A stretch of 64,000 bases of DNA from positions 96,784,001 through 96,848,000 of the forward strand of contig NC_086097.1 in the NCBI RefSeq assembly GCF_963921235.1, in the 5' to 3' direction. Made by a program: the position numbers and the translations under genes. Source of the stretch: Mobula hypostoma (taxonomy: Eukaryota). Numbering within the stretch: position 1 is the first letter of the stretch; each line of letters opens with the position of its first letter. Shown here in pieces: positions 1 to 12,500 of this stretch. The notes beneath the pieces are model-generated. The model was given only the letters and a program-made list of their open reading frames with translations, was not told the DNA's origin and did not search any database.

Positions 1-74
1 TCATCGTCGACGCTGTCTAGCTCCTCTTCGTCGTTGTAATAGTCGACAATGGGTGAGAGGAGAGCTGCGGACAT
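1..74 (-). pseudogene. SUDS3: SUDS3-like N-terminal coding fragment (captured host cDNA) inside a Gypsy element; continues beyond window start
   Basis: Minus strand from ATG at 74-72 reads MSAALLSPIVDYYNDEEELDSVDD, resembling the vertebrate SUDS3 N-terminus (MSAA..LL.P..EYY.E.DEELES.EDDE). CpG-rich, unlike the flanks. Only 24 codons are visible. Confidence 0.72.
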
Positions 75-1746
75 CTTCCCTGCCAAGCTGCCCTCCTTTG
101 TTGACACATCTAGTGCCTTGATGGTCTTCCAATCCAACTGGACTTTCCTGAGCCATTCACGTCCCAGCAATGGTGGTACTCCATTGTTCAGTACATAGAG
201 GTTCAGCTGCTGTGTTTTGTCTCCGTAGGTCACTGTCACTTTAATTTTGCCTTTGGGACGCACTTTCCATCCTGTGTAAGTCTTTAGCAGTAGTTTAGTT
301 TGTTTCAGAGGTATGTGAGAAAACAGTCATTTGTAATCATGTACAGAGATCACTGTTAAAGCTGAGCCTGTGTCCAACTCCGTTTTCAGTCTCACGCCCG
401 CCACTTGTGGAGTTATCCATATTACTCTTTGATCATCTGTCTCTTTCATGCTGTGAAGTTGCAGACAAGACAATTCACTTTCGTCTGAGTCGTTTTCATC
501 AGAACTGCTTTCTTTCATTTTGTGTACATTGTTGTGTTTTCCTTTCTGGGGTTTCTTGTTTCTCTGTATTTTGTCCTTTTTCTGCTGTTTACTAGCTTTG
601 CATACTCTGCCAGTGTGGCCCTGTTTGCCACAGTTTCTGCATTCTTTGTCTTTAAACCAACAATCATCAGGGTTATGTGGTATGGTCCCACAATGGTAAC
701 ATTGTTTACTAGCTTTGCATACTCTGCCAATGTGGCCCTGCTTGTCACAGTTTCTGCGTTCTCTGTCTTTAAACCATGTGACATGTTCCCACAGCAGTAA
801 CATTTCTTTCCTTCATTTCTGCTCAGTGACATTTTATTCGTAGCATATTCCAGAGATTTTTGTTGTATCTGTGAGGCACCCCATGCTGCTGTTTCCGTTG
901 ATATTACAATGTTCAGCACCTTCTCGAATGTAAGGTCTTTTTCACCCAGGAGCTTCTTCTGTGTGGTTTCACAGTGCGTGCCACACACTAACCTGTCCCT
1001 CAATGCATCCGATAGACCAGCTCCAAATTGACAATGTTCGGATAATTTGTGCAATTCAGCACAATATTAAGAAATACTTTCATTTTTGCTCTGATTCCGA
1101 TTGTGAAATATAAATTTTACAGCAATGATCAGTGGTTTGGGGTTTAAATGCTGTTGGAGAGTGTCTACTATTTGCTTGAACGTTTTGTCAGCTGGCTTTT
1201 CAGGGGTTAACAAGCTCCGTAGCAGGCCGTATGTTTTTGCTCCCATAACACTGAGTAAGTCACTGGCTTTCTTTTCATCATTACCATCATTAGCATCACA
1301 ATGTAACTCCACTCTCTCACTGTAAGTTGCCCAGTCTTCAATGCCACTATCAAATGCTGTAATGGTTCTAATCATCACAATCTTTGTTATGTTAATTTAG
1401 CCCCGTTTTCCCCTTGTTTTCTTTTTGACTCGCCTATCCTTTTTGCTAGAACCATGAGTGCACTCCATCTAGATCTGTGTGTCGCTTCTTTTTATCTTGC
1501 TTTTGGGGCAGGCAGACCCTCAGCCCTGGGGGTCAGCGCCGGCTGTGGTCTTGCCTGGACGTGCTGCAGCTCTATCTGTGTCTCTTGGTCTCCCGACATT
1601 CCCGACCCTGGCTGTGCTCCCACTTCCTTTTAGATTCGCAGCCTCGCTCTGCCTCCTTCTCTCGCTCCTTGGCTTATTCCTTGCTCTCTTTCTGCGAGTG
1701 CTGTTATCAACTAATAGACGGCGTTCCGATAAGATGTAGGTTCATT

Positions 1747-1759
1747 AACCTCGTCACCA
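1747..1759 (-). promoter_or_regulatory. Primer-binding site (tRNA-Ser(GCT)-like) of the Gypsy element
   Basis: Minus strand TGGTGACGAGGTT, 3 nt downstream of the LTR end; resembles the complement of the tRNA-Ser(GCT) 3' end (TGGCGACGAGG). Confidence 0.7.
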
Positions 1760-1762
1760 ATG

Positions 1763-1923
1763 TGTTGTGTATGTGGCCAGGTTACACAGTAATGCTGTTA
1801 GTGAAAACACCGGAGGTGGGAGCTAAGTTTCATGGTTCTTTACTGGCTGAATCCGAACTCAGCACACACATGTACAGATCAATACACGCCTAATAGTGCA
1901 TGCAACGACGTGTCCCTACAACA
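1763..1923 (-). repeat. 5' LTR (161 bp) of the Gypsy element
   Basis: Inverted termini TGTTG...CAACA adjacent to the PBS. Confidence 0.8.
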
Positions 1924-2116
1924 TAAAGTAGTCCCTTATTACACTGTAGGCCATACGGTACATCCATAATTGCCATTTTTAAAGGTGTCATATTTGCTTA
2001 AGGATGCAAAAACAATTAGCACTGGGAGAAAGATCAAGGCTAACAGTATAGTATGTGAATGTGGAGCAAGAGGGAGAGAAAATTATTTTAATGAATATTT
2101 TTTTGTTCTTTAACAG

Positions 2117-2170
2117 CAACAAAAAACAGGACAATACTGCAAGATGGTCTCCACCAGAGAACTACAAAAA
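2117..2170 (+). CDS. ZFYVE19: ZFYVE19 (ANCHR, abscission/NoCut checkpoint regulator) internal exon, post-FYVE
   Basis: taacag|...|gtaagg; encodes NKKQDNTARWSPPENYKK (human ASKWSPPQNYKK); phase 2-2. Confidence 0.93.
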
Positions 2171-2374
2171 GTAAGGGTTGCTTCCAGATTGGTGGATTGT
2201 ATTTATAACATACATTAGAGAGTGCCGATGTAATATAAAACTGCAACTTCTTTGGATTACTTTATTGCTTTAAAATTCGGATAGCTAGATCAGAATGGTA
2301 TCGATGGAAAGCTAGCAAAGATGTGGGAAATTAAGTAGACGAGTTAATCTTCATTCAGTATAAATGACTCATTG

Positions 2375-2600
2375 GATCAGTAGTTAGTGTTCCAGCAACT
2401 GGGTTCAATTCTAGCCCGTGTGTGCTGAGTTCCTCGTTGTCCCTGGGTGCTCTTGTTTCCTCCGACATTGCTATGACTTGCTGGTGGGTTAATTAACTGG
2501 TGTAGGTCGCCTGTATTGTAGGTGAGTGGCAGATAAATTAGGGGAGTTGATGAACTACGACAGAGAATAGTTTACAGGGAAATAAAGAGACAAATTAATA
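2375..2600 (+). mobile_element. Degenerate V-SINE (HE1-like)
   Basis: B-box-like gggttcaattc followed by a decayed V-domain (ctgggtgctcttgtttcctcc). Confidence 0.5.
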
Positions 2601-2977
2601 TCATGGGAATGCTTTGAGGGTTGACATTCAGTAGGCTAAATGTTTTCCCTTGTGTCACTATGAAATATGATTTGAGTAAATGAGTATGTGTAGATTAGTG
2701 ATTGGTGGTTAGAACAGATGTAGTGGGCTTAAGGTCCTCTTTTTTTGTTGTATGACTGAATGGCTTCATGGACATGGGCACTGTGACCATCTCCTAACTG
2801 CCTTTGAGCTATATCCTTGCTAAAGTTCAAGTGGAGATGATGAGGTATGGAAGCTCACTAATGTGAATAATTGAACTTTGAGTGATTAGTACATTTTCAA
2901 CACAGTACTACCATTTACCAGCTATATTTTTTACTTCTGGATGAGAAATGTCTTTACAAATTGAAATCAGACCTTGA

Positions 2978-3345
2978 CCATAAGACATAGGGGCATAATT
3001 AGGCTGTTCAGCCCATTGATTCTCCTCCGCTATTCATCATGGCTGATCCCGGATCCCACTCAACCCCATACACCTGTCTTTTTGTCATATCCTTTGAAGC
3101 CCTGACGGTCAGGAAACTATCAACTTCCGCCTTAAATATACCCACGGACTTGACCTCCACTACAGACTGTGGCGGAGCATTCCACAGATTCACTACTTTC
3201 TGGCTAATAAAAAAAATTCCTCCTTACCTCTGTTCGAAAAGGTTGCCCATCAATTTTGAGGTTATGCCCTCTGGTTCTGGATGCCCCCACCATAGGAAAC
3301 ATCCTCTCCACGTCCACCCTATCTAGTCCTTTCAACATTCTGTTA
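2978..3345 (-). mobile_element. CR1 LINE 3' fragment
   Basis: NLWNAPPQSVVE..SVGIFKAEVD ORF2 C-terminus plus CR1 3' UTR and tail. Confidence 0.8.
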
Positions 3346-4901
3346 TTCTAAATTAAAGGGTCTTGTTGATAGTAAACCAAAGAATGATAAAGAGACCTTT
3401 GTCAGTTAACAAATGGGCTGTGGAACGAAAAATGGCTTTCAAATTCAGTAAGTGTGAGGAGATGCATTTTGGACTGTAAACGAGATAGACCTGGTGATGT
3501 GGAACAGATGGACCTGGGAGTACTAGTGCAGAGTTTGTTGAAATCAGCAGCACAAGCAGTTTCTTTTGGCATGTGAGATAATTTTAAATTCCCCTCAAAC
3601 ATCTAAGCAATTATTATGATCACTGATCTTCTGTTATTTTCTGAGTCACTTTTAAACATTTTTTGCCCGTTTTTCTGTAGCATCAGAAGGGACTCCCATG
3701 TGTCCATTTCCAAAGTGATCTTTTGAAAAGTACTGTGTTCTGTGCAAATACCCTTAAAACCATCATCTGCTCGCTTGATACACTACTTTTTGAGGTTCTA
3801 CTCGCAGTTCACTTCACTTCCCCTGAAGGATACAAAAAAAAAGCAAGTAAGGGAATTGGACGCCTACTTAAAAACGGAGAAATTGAAGGGTGATTGAGAA
3901 ATATTGGAAAAGTGAGAGTGAGCCAGCCAGAGTCCAACTACAATTTTTTCTTTCTTTTCCTAATTATAATTTCCTGAATCTTCCACAATGAAATCTGCAA
4001 ACTCGTAACTTTTTGTGCTCTCAGTTCAACTTTAATCTTGGTCTTCTTCCCATTAGTATTTTTAACACTGAGGCTGGATAGGTGCTGTCATTCAGCTCTG
4101 AAAGTGACATCAAGACAGCTGTACAGTGTCTAAATTTGTCATCAATACTTCCTCTCTTTTTTTTCTGTTGGAATGCACCTGATTTTCCCTTGGTGTGCCT
4201 TCAGTGACATTGTAGAACCTCAGTAATGTGCTAGATAAGGATGAAAATATCTGTTAAAGAGTGGATGACTCTGCATGCAAACTTAAGTAATATTTAGTTT
4301 TGCCCCTTTGATTTACCACTCCCCCACTATTTTCCATTAATCCTTCAAATTTACTTTTTGTTTTAGTACGTATCCAATTCCCTTTGAAGTTTGGAGACAC
4401 AAGAGACTGCAGACGCTAAAATCTGGAGAAACAAACAATCTGCACGTGCTGATGCAGGGTTTTGACCCAAAATATCTACAATTCCTTTCCTCCCACAGAT
4501 GTCGCTCACCCCGTTCCCAGACTCCCTAGTGATGCTGTGAGGCCCTAGTTCTGATGCTCCCCTCAAACATACAAGGTTTGCTGGAACATTTATCACTTCT
4601 GCTGTGTAACCCCTTTTCTTTTAAAAAAAAGTGTGTTGCTGATTAACAACATCCAGTGATCTGGAGAATCTGCCAGTCCAGCATTGCTGAAGTTCTGCAC
4701 ATGCTTGATTAATGGAGTTCTACTGCAGTGAACAGTTTTTCTAAGATGACAGAACATGGTTTAGATGATTCAACCTAAAAAATTTTCTCTAATTCCGACT
4801 CTTTGTAACATGAGAGTTTTACAGAATGAAAGAAATGAGCAGCTGTAATAGCTAATTCCTCTAATAATCCCCGTCCAATAAAACTATCTTCTGGTCTGTA
4901 G

Positions 4902-5065
4902 GCGAGTAGCTGCTTTGGAAGCCAAACAACAAGGTCAAACTGCAGTCCAGAAAGCAGGGTGTCAGGCGCCCAGCATTGGCATGAAGTTTAAGCACTGGGA
5001 TCTTTCAAAAGAGGATCAAGCCATTGCTGAACGACTGGAGAAGCTGAAGGAAGAAACCAAACCAA
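4902..5065 (+). CDS. ZFYVE19: ZFYVE19 exon (MIM1-A-like motif)
   Basis: ctgtag|...|gttagt; RVAALEAKQ...EDQAIAERLEKLKEETKP; 164 nt, phase 2-1. Confidence 0.95.
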
Positions 5066-5120
5066 GTTAGTTCCATTGTTAATTACTGGATTACATTGTT
5101 AATAACTACATTGTTAATTA

Positions 5121-6310
5121 TTGCCTACTGACACAACCAATTGACAGACGACGCAATAGCCACTGCTCTACATACTGTCCTTGCAAATCTGGAGAAGAAG
5201 GCTGCTTATGTGAGAATGCTGTTCGTGCACTACAGTTCAACATTCAACACCGTAACTCCCTTCAGGCTCGACAGGAAGCTCAGAGACCTTGGCCTTGAGC
5301 CTGCCTTGTGCAGCTGGATCCTAGACTTCCTGTCAGATTGCCGGCAGGTGGTAAGAATAGGCGGCCTCACCTCCACCCATCTGACTGTCAACACAGGAGC
5401 CCCTCAGGGCTGTGTACTAAGCCCCCTTCTTTACTTCCTGTATACCCATGACTGTGTCGCCACCCACAGCTCTAATATGCTAATTACATTTGCCGATGAC
5501 ACTATATTGATTGGCCTAATCTCAAACAATAACAAAGTGACCTACAGGGAAGAAGTCATCCCTCTGACACAGCGGTATCAAGAAAGCAACCTCTCCCTCA
5601 ATGTCGCAAAAACAAAAAAACTGGTTGTGGAATACTGGAGGAATGGAGATGGGCTAGCCCCTATTGACATCAATGGATCTGGGGTTGAGAGGGTATACAG
5701 TTTTAAGTTCCTCAGTATCCACATCACTGAGGACCTCACATGGTCTTTACACACCAGCTGTATGGTGAAAAAGGCACAACAGCACTTCTTTCACCTCAGA
5801 CAGTTGAGAAAGTTTGGTATGGGCCCCCAAATCCTAAGAACTTTCTACAGGGGCACACAATTGAGAGCATCCTGATTGGCTGCATCACTGCCTGGTATGG
5901 GAACTGTACCTCCCTTAATCGCAGGATTCTGCAGCGAGTGGTGCGGACAGCCCTGCACATCTGCAATTGTGAACTTCCAATGAGTCAGGACATTTACAAA
6001 GACAGGTGTGAGAAAAGGGCCCAAAGGATCATTGGGGACCCGAGTCACCCCAACCACAATCTATTCCAGCAGCTAACATCCAGGAAACGGTACCGCAGCA
6101 TAAGAGCCAGGACCAGCAGGCTCCGGGACAGTTTCTTTCACCAGGCCATCAGACTGATGAACTCGTGCTGATTTGAGTGTATTTTTATGTTACATTGTTC
6201 TATTTATTATAAATTATTATAAATTACTATGATTGCACATTTGACAGAGACGTAAAGGTTTTTACTCCTCATGTATGTGAAGGATATAAGAAATACAATT
6301 CAACTCAAAT
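5121..6310 (+). mobile_element. Rex1/Babar-type LINE, 5'-truncated RT and 3' end
   Basis: ORFs 5141-5875 (GAPQGCVLSPLLY, FADD) and 5740-6171 (SRLRDSFFHQAIRLMN). Confidence 0.88.
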
Positions 6311-6819
6311 ATCTGTGACAACTTGCAACAGCAGCATTTGTTGTTCATCCCTGTTTGCACTTAAGGTTAGTCGTAAGGTGTCACCTTGAACCACAGTTGT
6401 CCCTGTGATGAAAGAAATCCTGCAGTGAGGTAAAGTGTTCCAGGATTTTGACCAAACAATAAAAAGAAGGGAAAATGTGTTCACTTGGGTGACAATAGCA
6501 AAAGGTTTTGTCTGCTCTTCGTAGAAATTTCATTGGCCAACAGGATTTTAGTTTAATACCTGCAAGCAATATAATGATCCTTGTTATAAATGGGTTTGTA
6601 AATGTTCGCACCAAGGTATTCTTATCCTGTTGATGTTGTGAGCCAATGTTTTTAACCCTTTTCAGATATTACCTCAACATGTTCTTTCTATTCTTGTGTT
6701 CCTTAAGCTATGATTTTACTCAGAACTGGAGTTGTAATCAAAAGGTACAATTTGTGGGTATACCATTTAATCCAATCTGAAGCTTCCAAACCATTGTTCA
6801 ATAATTCCAAGGTTCTGAT

Positions 6820-7110
6820 GTACAGTACCATAGCAGTTAGTGCAGTTGCTTTACAGTACTAGTAGTTACTGAGAGGGGTTCAATACTAGTGGTCTGTAAG
6901 GAATTTACACGTTCTCATGGCTGTGTGGATTTTCTCCAAGTGCTCTAGTTTCCTCCACATTCCAAAGATGTGTGGTTAGGGTTAGTGAGTTGTGGGCATG
7001 CTATGTTGGCACAAGGAATGTAGCCCCAGCACAATACTCCTTGTGATGCAGAATGGCGCATTTCGTTGTATGTTCGGATTCACATGAGAGACATAAACTG
7101 ATCTTTAATC
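6820..7110 (+). mobile_element. V-SINE (HE1-like)
   Basis: tRNA-like head (ggggttcaatac) and V-domain gaatttacacgttctc...gtgctctagtttcctccacattccaaaga. Confidence 0.65.
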
Positions 7111-7520
7111 TTTATTCTGTAATTAAAACAGTATCTATTCCCTCATCCGTGTATAAGATGCATCACCTTTTATTCATCTGAATACAGTGAAGTACTTATG
7201 AAGACAAAAAGTGTGAATGGAAGTCCATTTCAATGTTGAAAGATTCATCTCTGATATTCTGAAGCTGGGACAGCTTAATATTGATCCTCTCCAGAAAAAG
7301 TTTTTTTTCTTTTCCTGACATCAATTAGTGCAAGATTCAACAATACCAACACAGAGAAGCAAAAACAGGCAAAACTTGGACCAAGTAGATTTTTTTTTGG
7401 CGCAATCCTCAGCAGAAATGTAAAAACAAATCTGCAAATTTTAATTGAATAATCTGGATTAATCAAAGTGAGGCATTTCCTCTGTACTGTATTGTATCAA
7501 TATGTTTTTGTATATTGCAG

Positions 7521-7666
7521 AATATGTAGCCTCTCAGAAAGAGATTGAGTGTCGGCTAGCTGCATTGAAGAAGGAACCTCAGCGACCCATACCCTCCACC
7601 AGGGAAATGGAGGACAGGCTAGCCCTGTTAAAGGGCCAGACCCCACCATCACAGATCCCTAAACCT
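7521..7666 (+). CDS. ZFYVE19: ZFYVE19 exon
   Basis: ttgcag|...|gtaaga; YVASQKEIECRLAALKKEPQRPIPSTREMEDRLALLKGQTPPSQIPKP; 146 nt, phase 1-0. Confidence 0.96.
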
Positions 7667-8092
7667 GTAAGAATGTCTAACATCTTTGTACCATGCTGAA
7701 AGTATACTTACCACACTTTCATGTGACCTAAAAATTCATAGAGCCTTCAATTTGCTGCAAAAATATGAAAAGTAGCTTAGAAATTTATGATAGATTTGGC
7801 TCAATGTTGTGCACTTTTATATACTTCTGCCTGTGTCTCAACATGTGGATTTGGCACAATACAGAATATTATTTCTTGCTGGTGCATCAGTTCTTCACTA
7901 AATGGCCAAATTTAAAACTGATGCTTGACTCATTGTGTACAAGGACCAAACCTGGCCCTGCCCACTGCTGTGCTGACTGACATTAGCTGAATTTAGTGCA
8001 GTCTAGGAATTAACTTTGCAACCACCTGGTATTAGAGTCGTACTGCAAAGAAATAGGCCCTTTGGCACAACAGGTCCACACAAACTAAGATT

Positions 8093-8202
8093 CCATCAGA
8101 CATGGCAGCAGAATTAGCCATCCAACCCATCAGACATTAGGAGCAGAATTAACCATTCGGCCCATCAGACATAGGAGCAGAATTAGCTATTCAGCCCATC
8201 AG
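8093..8202. repeat. Tandem triplication (34-35 bp units) of a CR1 3'-end segment
   Basis: ccatcag recurs at 8093, 8127, 8162 and 8196; unit ccatcagacataggagcagaattagccattcggc. Confidence 0.75.
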
Positions 8203-8598
8203 TCTGCTCGGCCATTCCAGTAAAAGATGCCCCATGTGGCTGAGCCCTCGAATCCTGGCAACATGCTCATAAATCTCCTCTGCTCTCTTTCCACCGTAAC
8301 AGCATTTTTCCTTTACTGTGCTGAATGATCAGTGTTCTTGGGTGCTTGGTCATTCAAATTAATATTTTTGTTATTAAATACATAAATAGTGGCAGGAGTA
8401 GGCCATTTGGCCCATTGAGCCAGCTCTGCCATTCTGTAAGATCATGGCTGATACAACTAAATGCTTTTCCTAAAATGACCCTTCCTCGGCCTATCAAATA
8501 ACCAGCAATGAAAATAAAGCCCAACTAATCAGGAATTTGTCTGCAAAATCCCTTGCATTCAAGAAAGTTCAGTTGAATTCTCTGGCCTTTTATTTTAG

Positions 8599-8707
8599 AA
8601 TCACCCAGCTCCTGATAACAGGACAGAAACAGAACAAGTCAGTGACCTTCTCGAACAGATGTCAGAAGAGGCAGCTATAGATGCGAAATATAGCTCTGGT
8701 GTTACAA
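8599..8707 (+). CDS. ZFYVE19: ZFYVE19 exon
   Basis: ttttag|...|gtaagg; NHPAPDNRTETEQVSDLLEQMSEEAAIDAKYSSGVT; 109 nt, phase 0-1. Confidence 0.94.
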
Positions 8708-9566
8708 GTAAGGTGTTATTTTTATTTTTATTAAATATCTAAGATTCACTGTGATTGTCTGCTGCTTCTTCCCCACAAGGGGAAAAAGCATATCTGATAT
8801 TAACTTGTGTTCACTTTTTCAATGGCTGGCATTGAATAGCTTTCACCGTTAGGAAGCTCGACTGTTTTATTTTTTATCTATGTTAGGGCATGTCCTGTTG
8901 ATATATTCATTTACGCTCTCCGAAGTGTCCCCTTGGCAGAAGTAAGTGAGCAAAGCCAGAAATGAAACTTTAAAACATTTTGGGGGTTTTTTTTGCGGTT
9001 TGGTATTTAATTGAACAGGACATTTGCACATTAGGGGACATTAAGTACCCTGAGATACTATATTTGACTTTTTGGTGAAAATGTGACTGTCATGAATAAC
9101 TGGTTAAGAATTCAGAAGACACTTTTCATTAGTCAGGCCATGGCTGGAATGTGGAGCATGCTTCTATACATGAGTCATTAAAATGAATTGCTTGGGTGTG
9201 CTTCAAAAAAAAATGAAATGAGAGGCAGAGAATGCTGATACCGTTAGGTGTAGTACACTGGGAGGAGGCTCGTTCATTACCCGTCTCTGTGCTGAAAATT
9301 CACAGTAATCTCCACATTCGTCAAATCTTTATGTGCCGTATAATGGTACGCTCTCCTCAGTCCGGGAGTTAGAAGCCTGTGGGAGTTAGTGTTCTCTTTT
9401 TGGATTCTGAGGAGTGCAGTGATTCAGCACAACAGCGGGGTCCATGCCAGTGCCAGAATCTGGAACTTCTGGCAGAAACACGGTAGCTCCAGGCATTAGC
9501 ATTGACGTTGTCAGAACATTCAGCTCAATATCTCCATGGTTGGCTGTTGCAGAGCAAGCCTGAAGA

Positions 9567-12500
9567 ATGCAATAATAAAAGGGTTGTTGTGATGGGAGAT
9601 TTTAACTTTGCTAATATTGATTGGCATCTCCTTAGTGCAAGGGGTTTAGATGGGGTGGAGTTTGTTAGGTGTGTTCGGGAAGGTTTCCTGACGCAATATG
9701 TAGATAAGCCAACTAGAGGAGAGACTGTACTTGATCTGGTATTGGGAAATGAACCTGATCCGGTGTCAGATCTCTCAGTGGGAGAGCATTTTGGAGGTAG
9801 TGATCACAACTCTATCTCCTTTACCATAGCGCTGGAGAGGGATAGGAGCAGACAATTTGGGAAAATACTTAATTGGGGTAGGGGGAAATGTGGTGCTATT
9901 AGGCAGGAACTTGGGAGCATAAATTGGAAGCAGATGTTCTCAGGGAAAGGCACGGCAGAAATGTGGCAAATGTTCGGGGAATATTTGCATGGAGTTCTGC
10001 ATGGATATGTTCCACTGAGGCAGGGAAAGGATGGTAGAGTTAAAGAACCATGGTGTGCAAAGGATGTAGAAAATCTAGTTAAGAAGAAAAGAAAAACTTG
10101 CAAAAAAGGTTGCTAGGGAGGAGCTTAAGAATGAAATTAGGAGAGCCAGAAGGGGCCATGAGAAGGCCTTGGTGAGCAGGATTAAGAGAAGCCCCAAGGC
10201 ATTCTACAAGTATGTGAAGAGCAAGAGGATGTGCCATGTGAGAATAGGACCAATCAGGTGTGATAGTGGAAATGTGTGCATGGAGTCGGAGGAGGTACTT
10301 AATGAATACTTTGCTTCAGTATTCACCAGGGGAAAAAGACCTTGGCAATTGCGGGGATGACTTACAGCGGACTGAAATGCTTGAGCATATTAAAAAAGAG
10401 GATGTGCTGGAGCTTTTGAAAAGCATTAAGTTAGATAAATCACTGGGACCGGATGAGATGTACCCCAGGGTACTGTAGGAAGCAAGGGAGGAGATTGCTG
10501 AGCCTCTGGCGATGATCTTTGCATCATCAATGGGGATGGAAGAAGTACCAAAGAACTGGAGGGTTGCAAATATTGTTCCTTGTTCAAGGAAGGGAGTAGA
10601 GATAATCCAGGAAATTATAGATCAGTGAGTCTGACTTCAATGGTGGGTAAGTTGTTGGAGAAGATCCTGAGAGGCAGGATTTATGAGAATTTGGAGAGAC
10701 ATATTCTGATTAGGGATAGTTGGCATGGCTTTGTCAAGGACAGGTCATGCCTTACGAGCCTGATGGTTACTTCCTCAAAGAATTCAAAACACATTGATGA
10801 AGGTAGAGCAGCGGATATAGTGTATATGAATTTCAGTAAGGCCTTTGTTAAGGTTCCTCATGCAAGGCTCCTTCAGAAAGTAAGGAAGCATGGGATCCAA
10901 GTAGATTTTTCTTTGTGGATCCAGAATTGCCATGCCCACAGAAGGCAAAGGGTGGTTGTAGATGGTTCGTATTCTGCATGGAGGTCGGTAACCAGTGGTG
11001 TTCCGCAGGGACCTGTTATAACCATATAACATATAACAATTACAGCACGGAAACAGGCCATCTCGGCCCTTCTAGTCTGTGCTGAACTAGTCCCACCGAC
11101 CTGCACTCAGCCCATAACCCTCCATTCCCTTCCTGTCCATATATCTATCCAATTCAACTTTAAATGACATCGAACCTGCCTCAACCTCTTCTGCTGGAAG
11201 CTCATTCCACACAGCTACCACTCTCTGAGTAAAGAAGTTCCCCCCCCCCATGTTACCCCTAAACTTTTGCCCTTTAACTCTCAACTCATATCCTCTTGTT
11301 TGAATCTCCCCCATTCTCAGTGGAAAAAGCCTATCCACGTCAACTGTACCAATCCCCCTCATAATTTTAAACACCTCTATCAAGTCCCCCCTCAACCTTC
11401 TACACTCCAAAGAATAAAGACCCAACTTGTTCAACCTTTCTCTGTAATTTAGGAGATGAAACCCAGGCAACATTTTAGGTAACCTCCTCTGGACTCTCTC
11501 AATTTTATTGACATCTTTCCTATAATTCGGTGACCAGAACTGTACACAATACTCCAAATTTGGCCTCACCAATGCCTTCTACAATTTCAACATTACATCC
11601 CAACTCCTATACTCAGTGCTCTGATTAATAAAGGCCAGCATACCAAAAGCTTTCTTCACCACCCTATCCACATGAGATTCCACCTTCAGGGAACTATGCA
11701 CCATTATTCCTAGATCCCTCCGTTCTACAGCATTCTTCAATGCCCTAGCATTTACCATGTCTGTCCTATTTTGATTAGTCCTACCAAAATGTAGCACCTC
11801 ACATTTTTCAGCATTAAACTCCATCTGCCATCTTTCAGCCCACTCTTCTAACTGGCCTAAATCTCTCTGCAAGCTTTGAAAACCTACTTCATCATCCACA
11901 ATGCCACCTATCTTAGTATCATCTGCATACTTAGTAATCCAATTTACCACCCCATCATCTAGATCATTAATATATATGACAAACAACATTGGACCCAGTA
12001 CAGATCCCTGAGGCACACTGCTACACACCATCCTCCAACCTGACAAACAGTTATCCACCACTACTTTCTGGCGTCTCCCATCTAGCCACTGCTGAATCCA
12101 TTTTACTACTTCCATATTAATGCCTAACAATTGAACCTTCCTAACTAACCTTCCGTGTGGAACCTTGTCAAAGGCCTTACTGAAGTCCATATAGACAACA
12201 TCCACCGTTTTACCCTCGTCAACTTTCTTAGTAACCTCATCAAAAAATTCAATAAGATCCCTGTTCTGGGACCCCTCCTCTTTGTGATTTTTATAAATGA
12301 CCTGGATGAGGAAGTAGAAGCGTGGGTTAGTAATTTTGCTGATGACACAAAGGTTGAGGGTGTTGTGGATAGTTTGGAGGGTTGCCAGAGGTTACAGTGG
12401 GACATTGATAGGATTTAGAACTGGGCTGAGAAGTGCCAGATAATTGTGAAATGATTCATTTTGGTAGGTCAAATTTGAAGACAGAATATAATATTAATGG

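Larger units (their letters stand above)
75..1923 (-). mobile_element. Gypsy (Mag/K02A2.6-like) LTR retrotransposon, 5' part: LTR-PBS-gag-protease, frameshifted, RT replaced
   Basis: Gag motifs (FDSGIEDWATYSER; LSEHCQFGAGLSDALRDRLVCG), CCHC knuckles, protease LDTGSA and PPLLGREWLRKVQLDW across ORFs 1067-1378, 515-1054 and 327-803. Confidence 0.93.

Noticed and set aside
8093..8202. Regularly spaced 34-35 bp repeats resembling a CRISPR array
   Set aside because: No unique spacers; it is a tandem amplification of a CR1 3' end in a vertebrate intron.
9230..9566. CpG-containing unassigned intronic segment, considered as another captured cDNA
   Set aside because: None of the reading frames I translated gave a recognisable protein; left unannotated.
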